A program made the translations under genes and the position numbers. A stretch of 45,237 nt of DNA, the filler included, from Jimgerdemannia flammicorona (Eukaryota): NCBI GenBank assembly GCA_003990765.1. It is 2 parts of 2 records of this genome, joined end to end, with 100 filler letters (N's around TTAATTAATTAA, not from the genome) between each part and the next. Parts side by side here need not be neighbours in the genome. Positions count along the whole stretch, not along the records: positions 1 to 22,570 come from RBNJ01001246.1; positions 22,671 to 45,237 come from RBNJ01001247.1. One strand, written 5' to 3'. Below are positions 12,640 through 24,145 of this stretch, in pieces; position 1 is the first letter of the stretch, and every line of letters begins with the position of its first letter. Below the pieces are notes generated by a model that did not search any database, was not told the DNA's origin, and saw only the letters and a program-made list of their open reading frames with translations.

Positions 12640-13826
12640 TTTTTTTTTTTTTTTATGGACTCATGTCCTGTGGAATTTTATTGGAAGGGAACCTAGACTA
12701 TATAGGTCAAAACCCTCTCCCACCACCCATCAAGCACTGTCCCCCCATTAACCTAGGCTAGCTATTATCCAGCAGCTCAACTATACCAGGCACAGCAGGG
12801 CCTATGTTGGCCCACACCTCATTCTGCATACCATGCTCTCCCTACCACCAAGGGAAACTCAACTATATGCCAATAACTGAAAGCACATGCCTGAGAACTC
12901 AATATATATACAAGGCCATGCTTGAGCTGAATAGAATAACCCCTGCCACTCTAAAGAGAATGACAGGTAAAGAAAAATTCTCATCAAAGTACAACATAGT
13001 GGATAGGGCCTGGTTCTTTCAGTTGAGGTGAGTAAAGGACTTATACATGAGGTAGGAAGAAACCCCCAATACCCCACTACTCAAGCCTGTGGGCCTCAAT
13101 CATATTGCCATGTCAGCTCCTGGTTCCAGTTGAGTACAGCCAAGATGCCTGAAATGGGTAGCCTCAGGCCCCCTGACCCTCTCTGATGACTGGGGCCCAA
13201 CTCTGCTGACCGCCAAAAGAAGCCGAGAGTGATATCTACCACCTAATCATGCCATACCAATCAAAAGGCCCCACCAAAGCAGTACCTGCCCCAGCCCTGA
13301 TGACCACCCCCAGCCTGGCATCCTACTGGTTTATCGTTATCACCCTTCTTTCTATCTGTGATAGCCATCTCCCCTCCCATTCTGACAACACTTAAAAAGC
13401 AGTCACCTACACCAGAACCATGCTTGCCAGGAAGCTTGCCAAAGCCAGAGGGCCTCACCACAGACACCAAAGACCTACAGGTAACCTATACTGAGCACTT
13501 GATGCCCAAGGTCAGCTGACTCTCTATGTAGCCTAAGACATATCGAGACACTACCTTGTTGGTGATAGCAAAAGGATGAAGGTGCTGCACCAAAACAGAT
13601 ATATATACTCCAGATGTAGCCGAAGACACCAGAAACTGTGAAAAAGTGGAGAAGACACTGATCTGACACCAATAAAGAGGCAACTCATCACTATTGCCCT
13701 CCTCCCACTATACCTATGCAGGCACAGCAAACCAACCCAAGGTAGAGGGGGTAATAATAGGGGAAAGGGGACTCGGAAGATTGCCTACCAAACCTTGTGA
13801 CTAGTAAGGTAGCAGAGAAAGGACTG
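12640..13826 (-). mobile_element. ~1.19-kb non-autonomous poly(A) retroposon (SINE-like), copy 1
   Basis: Poly-T at 12640-12654; 15-bp TSD ACCAGTATTATT(T/C)CC at 12625-12639 and 13827-13841; end-to-end homology with 41065-42268. Confidence 0.9.
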
Positions 13827-14123
13827 ACCAGTATTATTCCCAGTAAGAAGGATCTATATCATCCTTTATTCTTAGAAGCCCATTAATTCAGGAAGAATCT
13901 GCCACTAGTATAATTTCCAGTGAGCTGATTTAAAAAGAACCATATCAAATTAAGTTATCTGCTAGAAATTATATACTTTTGGAGATCATTATACTATATA
14001 AAAATTATCATGCAGCAATTGCATACTTTTGGAAATAAGACTGTTACTCAGAAATCATATACTTTTGGAGATTACCTATTACTTAAGAAGAAAACTACTT
14101 ATACTATACATAAAATTTTACCA

Positions 14124-14992
14124 ATTCTCAGTTGACCTAAGAAGGAAACCCATTCATACAAATTAATACTATACTCAGAGAACTGTCCCAATAAGAAAAC
14201 TGACAAAATTGATCATTGTATTCAGAACTTGACTATTATATCACTAAATACCAATAAGGACCTCAGAAATCTTAGAACATTTTGTTACTTTTGACAAAGT
14301 AACTAGGGGCTCAAGCCAAACTATGTCAACTCTCGGCCTTGTAATTTGCCTCTATTGAGCCAGATATATTATAATGCCAATGAGACTATCAGAGCCAAGA
14401 ATTACAGAAATTACAGATGAGGATAATGATGAGGATACCTCTTTGAAAGATAAGAAAAAATATAAATCTAAACTACAAAATGAAGTCAAAGCAGATTTAG
14501 AAGATTATTGAGATCTTAAGATATCTCATTATAAATATTATATAAACTATATCTATAAGTATACCTATATAACAATAACTGGTGAGCTAGTAAACTATAA
14601 TAAAGTCATACACTTAGATGATAAAAAGAAGTAGAAAAAAACTATAGATAAGAAATATAATTTACTTATTGAGAATAATATATAGAATTTAGTCTTTTTT
14701 TCAGTAAATTAATAAGCTATAAGATCCTGCTGGGTATATAAAATTAAATATAATAGTAATAGTAATATAGAGTAGTATAAGGCCCAATCTGTAGCAAAGG
14801 AGTATTTATAAGAATATGGTGTAGACTATGATGAGACCTTCTCACTGATATTCAAGCTTACTTTGCTTAGAATACTTCTTGCAATTGAAGTCAAATATGA
14901 CTATAAAATTCATTAAATAGATGTTAAGATAGTCTTCTTGAACAATAATATAAATATGGAGCTATATATTTATCAATCATAGAGATACAAAA
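14124..14992 (+). mobile_element. Ty1/copia relic (integrase-RT linker and RT N-terminus)
   Basis: AIRSCWVYKIK..YKAQSVAKEY..GVDYDETFS..IDVKIVFLN are copia RT motifs; heavily mutated. Confidence 0.88.
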
Positions 14993-16224
14993 TATATATA
15001 CTGGACTTACTATATATGCTGACCATAATGCAAGCAATTAATTCTTATTGATAATATATTAATAAAAGCTTGACCAGATGTACTACTTATTAATATAAGC
15101 TTGCTATACATATATTGAGTTTACTATATATATAGGCTATATATGTACTGAGCTTACTAGTACTACTTATCATATGCTAGCTATAATATAAGTAATTTGA
15201 TAATATATATATTGAGCTAAATATGTACTGCTTATCAACTTATAATAAGATCAATACAACATATATATGTTGAGCCTCTTAATAGGTCTCAAGCTTCTTG
15301 AATTATTACTTGGAGCTAAATTGTACAGCTATGATCAGAAATTAGTACATTTCAATCTTTTAAGCTATAATTATACAATATTTATATATATTTTTACTGA
15401 ATTCTATAGATTTCTCTACAATATGAACTCATGAAGACATTATGATATTTCTAGTAGTGAATAGCATAATTACTATATGTATAACTATACTGAAATTTAT
15501 CACTCTTTGTACTTTGTTCTTCATTTATATAAAATTGGTATATCTTAATTTTTTAAGCTATAGTTATATAATATTTATATATATTTTGCTAAGTTTTATG
15601 AATTTCTTCATATACTGAACTTATGAAGACATTATGATATAAATATATAACTAGGTTTTATATTTTTTTTTTTCATAAATCTGTATCAAACTATTAATAT
15701 AGATATTGCCTCAGGAACTTGAGAATATGCTTAATGTGTTTATTTTCATTAATATGGATTTTTGGTTATAAAAATGATAATAGAAGTCAGTATACCTCAG
15801 TTGTATATATACTTTGGTGGAAATAATCTTATATAACTTTTGTTGAGATACACTTAATCTGCTTGAATGTGACTTTTTCTTAATATCTTAAGACTGACAA
15901 AAATTGCTTATTTTCATTAAGATTCCATATTTTTCTGCATTTTTTCTAGGTGGAGTTTTGCATTTTTTCCATATAGAAGTAACTATTTTTCCTCATCAGC
16001 AAATTTGCTTGCCTGATCCAATTGGCTAGCTGCAGTTAGCTCATTGACCCCTGGTTCATCACATTCAGCCCACACAAAATTTTGACTCGGGACCACATAC
16101 CTCACTGCGAGTTAATCCCAAATTATATAATGATTTTTGCAAAAAAAAATTTGCTAAAATATTTAGCCAATCAGAAGCCACCATGGTTCAAATATTTCTG
16201 CAGCCAAATTTGGCTGCCTTACTA
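14993..16224. mobile_element. AT-rich relic, probably one end of a DNA transposon
   Basis: CpG-depleted; short repeated motifs (GTACTACTTAT); ~110-bp direct repeat at 15339-15448 and 15532-15640; ends in the palindrome GCAGCCAAATTTGGCTGC plus CTTACTA at the boundary with CpG-rich DNA. No partner end found. Confidence 0.35.
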
Positions 16225-16529
16225 TCTAAGAGATCTGGTGGAGTTTTTTTTTTACCAATAAAAACAGCCACTCATGTTCATCGCTTTTTATTCAAACATC
16301 CACTCCATGCAAGTGACAGGGATTTTTTTTTTTGTCAACCTCAACCGCCGACAAACAACATTACAAAACAAATACAAAATAGACAACACTAACGTAACGT
16401 TCTACGACGGAATTATAAACATAGCCCAATGGGCGAAACCACAAAATCCCATTAAAACCGATACCAACGTCGCTCACCGAATGAGATTAATAAATAAAAC
16501 GGAGACAAGTATATAAATTATCCGTCCGC

Positions 16530-19500
16530 CTACGACTTTATACACGACCCCGACGGTCCCCTTGGATCATTCTCATTATAAGTGCACACCTCCACTGTTA
16601 CTCTCGCTGGCGACAACCCACCCGACATCTCCCTTGCCTCAGGTAAGAAGCTTGCGACAGGGGACGTCGGTTCCGATGAAACGGGTGACGATGCGGGCGT
16701 CAGTGCCGGGGTCCGGGTGATGGGAGAGATAGCCGCGGGAGCTGGGGTGGCGGCGCGATTATGCTGCATGTGGGACTTGACAAGATGACCTGCCGCTAGT
16801 GCGGCACACAGGCTGAGCTCTCCGGCCATGCAAGCCGCGCAGATGATCCTCGCGAGCCGTTGGGCGTTCTTCCCAGGCTCTGTGGGGTGCGGTCCGCGGA
16901 CGCCAAGGAAGTCGAGCATGGACTGCTGCGGAGGAAGGATGGTTCCGCCGCCGATAGTTCCGACCTCGATGCTCGGCATGGTACATGAAATGTGCAGGTC
17001 GCGACCCTCGTTGACAGCAAACATGAGGGTGATGCAGTTTGAGCTCTCGACGTTCTGCGCCGGGTCCTGTCCTGTGGCGAGGTAGATGGCGGTGAGGATG
17101 TTGGCGGCGTGTGCGTTGAAGCCCCCGATGGATCCGGCCATGGCAGAACCAATGAGATTCTTGGAGATGTTGAGCTCGACGAGCGCGGCGACGGTGGTCT
17201 TGAGCACCTTCTCGACGACGTGACCGGGAATGACGGCCTCGGAGACGCACGACTTTCCGCGTCCCTCAATCCAGTTGACCGCCGCAGGCTTCTTGTCCGT
17301 GCAGTAGTTGCCCGAGAGGGAGATGATCTGCATGTCCGGGAAGTGATCCGCCATGACTGCCAGCGCTTTCTCGCACCCCTTGGAGATCATGTTCATGCCC
17401 ATGGCATCACCGGTCGTGGTTGAGAACCGGATGTATGCCAGTTTGCCGGCCAGCGCGACCTTAAGCTTTCGTAGCCTGGCGAAACGGGATGTGGAGTTGA
17501 ACGCGTCGCGCACAACCTGGCTCCCCTCCTCCTCGACCCACCGCTTGGCCGCGGCAGCGCGCGTGATGTTCGGGAACTCGACGCAAGGCCCGCGGGTCAT
17601 ACCGTCCTGCGTAATGACAGTGATGGCGCCGCCACCTGCATTGATGGCCTTGCACCCACGAGCTGTGGAAGCGACGAGGCAACCCTCGGTGGTGGCCATT
17701 GGGATATGGACAGACTCTCCGTCGATGTCTATTGGCCCGGCGACGCCCACGGGGATGGGCATGTACCCGATGACGTTCTCGCAGCAGGCGCCTATGACCT
17801 TGGAGTAGTCGTAGCTCTCATACGGGAGCAGGCTGCTCTCGAGGGATTTTGTGCGGGACCCGCGGGAAATCATGGCGCGACGTATGAAGACAGCGCGTTC
17901 AAGATCCCCAAGGACCTTCTCGAGGGCGTAAGGGGCGATTTTTCCGACATTGGCGAGAAGGAGAATCTCGTCGTCGATGAGGGTCGGGGCACCAAGGTCG
18001 GGATTCTTGAGGATCGCAACGCAATCTTCCACGCTGCGGCATTCGTCAGAGACGGGGATAGGCTCCGGCTTAGGCGCGGACTTGACTACGGGTTTGAGGG
18101 TGGGAACAGTGAGGTGTTGCTGTTGCTTGGGGAGTTCCTGGGCAGGGCGAACGGCGACGGGGGCGGCATGGGCGATGTGTGCGATATGGGCAACGGCCTT
18201 CTCTGACGGCTCAGCGGCTACCGTTTGCTTATTGAGCGACGCGGCACGAGATTGCTCGACGACGACTTGTTTGGGTTGCTTCGCAACGTTGAAGAGGTAG
18301 ATGTTGAGGAAGAGCGAGACAGACAGGCCTAGGGTGATCCATTTGGATATGATGGGATCCTGGACGTAGACGTCGTAGATATGCAACAGGGACCCAAACA
18401 GGGACCCAAACACCTTCGGCACGAACCCAGTCAGCAACCGATGCTGGGACGACATGACATGGAACAACAGTGGCGGCGTAACCTCGACGATGAGCGGCAA
18501 CTGCGCGCGCGCGCTCTGCTTATGCTGGTCGAGTAGCAGCTGCAGAACGGGGTTGATGGTCGGATCGCCGATATCGACGCGTGGGTGGATGTCGACGTGG
18601 GCCAGGCTCGGGGCCGTGGCGGCGCCCTTGACCTGGAGGGTCGTGGTGATGTTGAAGACGTGCATGATAACAAACCCGACGATCATGAGCAACTTGACGC
18701 GAGCAATGGCCGGGTTCTCGACATTGTCCTTCTTCGACAACTCGTAATTGCTATCGCTAAACGCCTTGTTCATGATTTGCTTGAAGTATGCCGGGCTCGA
18801 CGCTCTTTCTTTCTCTTTTTCAACGATGGCGGTCTTCGGGTCGCTTCCATTGATATCGCGGATGCGACGGAGCTCGAGTTTGAGAGTGAGGACGGCGGTG
18901 TAGAAGGTGAACATGAAGACGAGATCATAAAAGAGGAGGAAGGCCGACAGGAAACAGAACTCGCGCAGGCCGGGAACGCCCGAGGCGGCGCCGGCGAGGA
19001 GGACGAGGATTTCAAAGAAGACGTCGCGAGCAATGTTGCCCCCTACGGCGGAGACGGCCTCCATTACAGACTGATGCACGCTGCTCTGAACGCTCGCGGC
19101 GTCGGCGAAAGTCTGCTGTGATGCCGCCTCGGAGCTTCCCTGGAGCACGCGCTTGGTCAGGGTGTAGGGGCGATCAAAGCCGATGGTGATGACGAGGAAC
19201 GGAATCGCTTCGCTTTGGTGGGAAGAATGTGTATAGGGGGGTTTTTTTAAAAAAAAATATGTATATGTGTGTGTGACGAATAGATGGCTAAAAGTCAGCA
19301 AACAGTGGAAGATTCGACGGATTCAAGGAAACAAAATAATAGATCACCCACCTCAAAAGAACGGGATTAACAGTGCCACCGAGTAGATGGACGGTTAAAA
19401 CCGAGAGCAGGAAGGCAAAGAAACCACCAGCAAGGACGGCAGTGGCTACAATAGTAAAATGCAAGGAAAAAGAAATCCAGGACAAAAGGAATTAGATTTT

Positions 19501-20788
19501 GTATCTTTCAAAGAACAAAAATCCAAACTTTCACCTATTGCTCAAAACCACCATTTCACTCTGCAGCATCCAACCAAATCACCAGTCCCCTCCCCCTCGC
19601 CACCTATCACTTTCATGATCCCCCCACAACCCATCTCCTACCACCCAACCTACCAAGCGACGTCCTAGATCCAATTGCGCCCATGTTAACATACAGCGAT
19701 GCGAACGTGAAGATCATCATGACGTAGCCCATGAGTACCACGAAAATGTCGATACTCTCCGCATTCTGTGGAGGAGAGATCGTACACGAGTAGGGTGAGC
19801 AGGTGAGCGTCGATCATGGCGAGGGGACAAAAGATGCAAATGGCGTGAAAAGGTCGACAAAATGGGGTGAGAACGAAAAGAGGACAGGCGAAGCAAGCAA
19901 ATTAGAAGGAAAAATAATACCAGAAATACATACATCAATAAGCTCTTTAACCTTTAACACGACGTTCGCAGCAATCATGGCCAACCACGCAATGGTGCTC
20001 TTCTGATGGTGTTTCCCGCTCGATTGGCTGACGAGGCCACCGGTGTTAATGGACGCGACCTTATCCTCCCATAGATTAGCCAGCTGGGACCTGTACGGGC
20101 CGTTGGCGTCGAACGCATAGCTCAGGATGAGGGACAACGCCGAGTTAACGTTCTCCGTGGTGTTAAGTCTAAGATCCTTGAACAGGAACGAGGACGAGTC
20201 GACGTTCCGCGCGATCGTCGCGAAGATATCTCTGTCGGCGGCGAGTTTCGCCGGGTTCTTACCCCAGATCTGCAACGGTGTTTGCGTGAAGCATGGATCT
20301 TCGTCGGAGAACAGCGGATTGGAGCGGGGCCGCTTATAGCAGAGGTTGTCATTGTAGAGGTACTTGTTCACGCCGTCGGCGACAAAGAGTTCCTTCTCGA
20401 TCATTTCTTGGAACTGGAGGACAGAGGTGAGGACGGGGCGAGTGAGGACACCCGACGAGGGTTGACCCAGGGCGTTGGGCTCTACGGGGTTGGAGATGAC
20501 GATCTGTTTGAGCTTGAGGCGGACGGCGTTGGTTGGGGGGTTGGAGAGATTGTGGTCGTAGGGGAGGAACTGGTCTGTTTCGCGAGTTGCCGAGACGAAG
20601 GCAGGGTCAACGATGGACTGGGAGTTATCGACAAAGATTTCCGAGTTTTTGGCAAGGTGGAAAAGGTAAAAATAGCAGAAGGAAGCGAGGATGAGGGTGG
20701 CGACAATCATCTCGATGGGGTTCTTGGATGAGCGCTTGGCTGCGTTGTGAAGCGTACGCCTCGTGAAGCTAGAGAGTTGGCCGGACAT
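16530..20788 (-). CDS. HMG1: Class I HMG-CoA reductase, ~1247 aa; exons 20788-19934, 19765-19654, 19445-19352, 19212-16530
   Basis: Catalytic motifs CENVIG, PMATTEG, DAMGMN, CTDKK, GQDPAQN; sterol-sensing segment LLSEAIPFLVITIGF; N-terminal HPIH-like NPIEMIV. Three GT-AG introns give an in-frame 3744-nt CDS. Confidence 0.97.
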
Positions 20789-21149
20789 GCTGAGAATGTC
20801 GGTCGTGGTTGCCTTTTGGTGGTGGTGTTGTATTTGGGGGGGGGATATATAGTTCCCGGCTCTGAGGAGTGGAATGAAGGGGGGATTAGCAAATGCCAGT
20901 AGGTCTCTGATGGGTTGCGGAATAAGTAGCAAGAGGTGTCTGTACCTAGTTATGCTGGGCAAGGGGGATAGAGGTACTATTTGTGGGTCTATGGCACGCT
21001 TGTTGGGGGAGGAAGTGGACGGAAGGGCTGGAAAATACACAGAACGGGGGGGTTCATATTATCCTTAACCAAGATATGCGTACAAAGCACGGGGGGTGGG
21101 GCATGCTCGAGCCCTGGATTCAGAACGCGCCCAAAAAGAATTATAAAAA

Positions 21150-21400
21150 AAAATGGAAAGTTTTGAATCACTTGGGACTTTCCGAATCAGACCCGTTCGT
21201 CATATCCGGCCGACCGAGTGGACGACAAAGGATCCATTTGATCGGTGTGGGCCGTGATTGGCTGGAAAAGGAAGCCCGCTTCGCTGAATTGCCCGCCCCC
21301 ATTCCTTGGAGCGATAGAATCCATGTCTGACGTGACATTTAGTCCAAACGCGGTGCGATACAGCAAACCTTATCAAATTTCATCTTCCGACACTAGCACA
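21150..21400 (-). promoter_or_regulatory. Putative HMGR promoter (CCAAT box ~21257-21261, CRE/E-box-like TGACGTGA ~21328)
   Basis: CpG-rich sequence 400-600 bp upstream of the ATG with minus-strand CCAATC and TGACGTGA; function not testable from sequence. Confidence 0.3.
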
Positions 21401-21684
21401 GAGCATCCATGAGATAGGCGCCTCCCTTATGTCGGCCGCACAACGACATAATCGCACACCTTCTCCCATAATGGTAGAAAAATGGTCAGGGAATGGGACC
21501 AGGAAAAAAGGGCATGGAAACGCTTTTTTCTCTTTCGTGTGTCACCTCTTTTCTCCCACCCCCGCCACGCGTCGTGCCGTCCAGGACTTTCTGTAGAAAC
21601 CCCAAAAAATCAAATCGACCGCTTTATACGCACCCAGAACGGCTAATCGCCGTATCTTTCGTCAGTCGCATCCTAGAGATTACG

Positions 21685-22475
21685 TTATCGTATATACCCA
21701 TATACTTCATGGTCGCTGATCCACTGTCGGATTGCATTTGTCATCTTGAACCCCGCCCATACGTGCGGCATTAGTCGCGCCACATGCGAATGCATTGCTC
21801 CGGATATGAATGAGGTTCAACGAATGGGCAGAGTCGAACTCGAAAAAAGTAAGAATTGACAGAATTGGAACGGATCCAAGAGCCAGATCAAACGCAGCTG
21901 CCACGAACTCAACCTTAAAACACAGCACCACATACCCGAGACCACCCGACGCGCAGACGATCCATCTGGAATCGATCGCGGTTTAAAGGGGAGTTTCTGA
22001 GAACCTAGTGAGAACCCTCCGGCGGCCACCGGAATGGACAGGAGGCAGTTGCTTTTTTGCGGGGTTTAGGTTGATGGCAAGGGGTGTGTATCAAACATGA
22101 TTTTGACTTTGCTAGCATACGTGCTTGTATGTTACAGGTGTCAAAAAATTAAACTACATACGCCCATGCAGTGCAACCACACCCCACACATGGAACCAAA
22201 TAATAATACGACGACACAAACCCGGCATCCGAGAAACATTTGACGGTTCCATTTCATCCAGCGTTACCTCGTGGCCAAAGGGACTCTCCATGTATGAATT
22301 ATTACAAAGACGGACAGAACCCTTCTTACGAAGGGGCACACGACTCACACTCATGTTGGATGTATCATGCATGTCATGCATGAAAATAGCAGGGAAGCTC
22401 GATTGGGCATACGTCGTGGCACAATATATTGAGCCCCTTTAGGCCACTTTGGCGTTCGCGCACGTCGGTCATGAA
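21685..22475 (-). CDS. Probable last three exons of an unidentified gene cut by the contig end (22475-22413, 22324-22268, 21744-21685)
   Basis: GCTAAC..TACAG acceptor, GTATGC and GTAACG donors, ACTAAT..CAAG acceptor; phase-0 joins read FMTDVRERQSGLKGLNILCHD-KGSVRLCNNSYMESPFGHE-MTNAIRQWISDHEVYGYIR*. Region retains CpG. Confidence 0.45.
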
Positions 22476-22570
22476 CTGTACGACGGTATATCGTCCGTTA
22501 GCAGTTCGGCCTCTGGCTGGTTTCATTGTCATTCAATTGGGCAGAGCATTCCTGCTATTATGCCCCCCCC

Positions 22571-22670
22571 NNNNNNNNNNNNNNNNNNNNNNNNNNNNNN
22601 NNNNNNNNNNNNNNTTAATTAATTAANNNNNNNNNNNNNNNNNNNNNNNNNNNNNNNNNNNNNNNNNNNN
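22571..22670. other. Artificial contig-joining linker (44 N + TTAATTAATTAA + 44 N)
   Basis: Six-frame stop linker in a 100-bp spacer; flanking pieces are 22570 and 22567 bp and end in homopolymer runs. Confidence 0.95.
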
Positions 22671-24041
22671 CCCCCACCCCTTCTTAATAAAAGACCACTT
22701 TGTCAAACACCATCTCTATCTACCCACCACTCTGTTCACAGATTCCTTCTACTAGCCAGTAATATCACCCACCCTGGGGACCCCAACCAACCCACCACCC
22801 AGTTATCAGATCTCCCAACAACTCCTTCCACCTTAACAACTTCTCTTGCATATCTATCTGTTACCCTTTCTCAAAAACAAAGAGCCAATAACTAGCTAAC
22901 CCTACCCATACTGCTAAAACCCACCCTATAGTGAGCCACCCATTGCTGACACCTCCCACTAGTTGAGATTACAAATTCTCCCAGCAACCTCTCTCTCCAT
23001 ATGGTCTCCTCTCTACACCTAGCCAGTCTCCTATAGCTATCCAAAAGTCCCCCAGAACCTTATATTCTCCCAGCCAATGTTCTGGCATTTGTACAAATCC
23101 CCCAACTTGCCCTACATTATAATACTCCTCACAATATAGTCAGCCACCATCTACCAGTTACTCAGTATGGAAATTCAACATGATATTCCTCTACAGTATC
23201 TACCATCATATTACCCAGAACTTGGGAGAAAGCCACCTCTGCACCTTAGTACTCCAGGACCAGATTCTGGCCCAGTCTCACTCCTCACCAATCCTCACTG
23301 CCTGCCAACTACTTGGCCAAAGATCCTGGTCAAGACCCTGCTAACACTCCACTCCATCACTAATATCAAACTCAGCAAGTAGAACCCCCCCCAGTAGTAG
23401 TCGGTCCTATTGCTACATAGCTGGGCCCTACATTACCTCTCCCTCATTATCTCATCAGCACAGACCTATCCAGTGTACTCCATCCACCACCCCCCACCAG
23501 AAGCCCTTATATGTACTATAGCTGTTGGCTTCCATTCAGATCCACCAGAGAGAGCAAATTCCCTGAAGACTCCCAAGAGGAGAATCTCATCTCTCACACC
23601 TTCTGTATCAGTGGCACCCAACCTTCTCTCTGTAGTTCAATAGTTCTTTTCAACCACCAAGTTTGCAAGCAGTGTAGCTGCTTAGGGAAATCCACCAGGC
23701 CTAGTCCTCCCCTAACTATCAGTATTGCAAGAGTATTCCAACTGATCTAGGACCTTCTCTCTGCTCAAATCCAATCTCTAGCCAGTTTTGTCAGCCTCTT
23801 TACCACCTAAGTCAGAAAGTCTGAGTGATAGGCTACATACTAGAGCTTGGGAAACTAGTAGACATTCAGAATTGACATCCGCCCTGCCAGGGAGATATGG
23901 CAACCCCCCCAACCTCTAAGGATCTCTCTCCAATTGGCCACCTTCCTCTTCTACCACACTTGTGGTAAGATAGATCTATATACAGAAAGAAAGATATCTA
24001 GATACTATATCACCTCTCCTGTAGGGACAATTGTTCCTTCA

Positions 24042-24111
24042 GGTAGGGGTGGGGCACTGTGTAATATATAGAGAATAGATGGGTATTAATAAAGAATGGA
24101 GTCCAATTGAC

Positions 24112-24142
<31 letters not shown>
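24042..24142 (+). mobile_element. Very short 5'-truncated LINE 3' tail inserted antisense into a LINE
   Basis: AATAAA..GAGTCCAATTGACTAT plus poly(A); the host frame LMGGDI|EGTIVPTGEV resumes across it; same tail family as 28407-28535. Confidence 0.8.

Positions 24143-24145
<3 letters not shown>

Larger units (their letters stand above)
4643..14123 (+). mobile_element. Second Ty3/gypsy family (non-chromovirus): gag-PR-[Cys/His insert]-dUTPase-RT-RH-IN-ORF3-LTR, degenerate
   Basis: Gag LPTFAGYPEKDSRKFL (~4890) and degenerate knuckle QCFHYRQFGYYTTKC (~5735); protease ILIDTGVA (~6430); [26 protein letters not shown] (9110-9470); RNase H YIDAFKNGLGVVL; integrase YHPQMNGITERMN; PPT at ~11830. Confidence 0.92.
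11844..14123 (+). repeat. Long 3' LTR of gypsy family 2 (~1.08 kb after removing the inserted retroposon)
   Basis: Begins TGATAAA after the PPT and ends TTTACCA (near-inverted); TATAAATA ~12073 and AATAAA ~12152; copia sequence follows. The 3' boundary is inferred. Confidence 0.65.

Noticed and set aside
13183..13310. CTGATGA hammerhead-core matches in the retroposon (also at 3246)
   Set aside because: No correctly spaced stem II plus GAAA and stem III/NUH could be built by eye; an Infernal search on the de-mutated consensus would settle it.
13765..13810. tRNA-derived SINE head (A-box-like TGGTAGG, B-box-like TTCCGAGTCCCC)
   Set aside because: The motifs are only ~6 nt apart and no cloverleaf forms.
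16530..20788. HMGR as a statin self-resistance gene in a biosynthetic cluster
   Set aside because: No PKS, terpene or tailoring genes in the contig; it has the ordinary full-length membrane-bound architecture.
16582..20892. Many overlapping or antisense ORFs within HMGR, and the longer ORF-track starts at 19301 and 21040
   Set aside because: Shadow ORFs of GC-rich codons; the extensions run through intron or UTR sequence.
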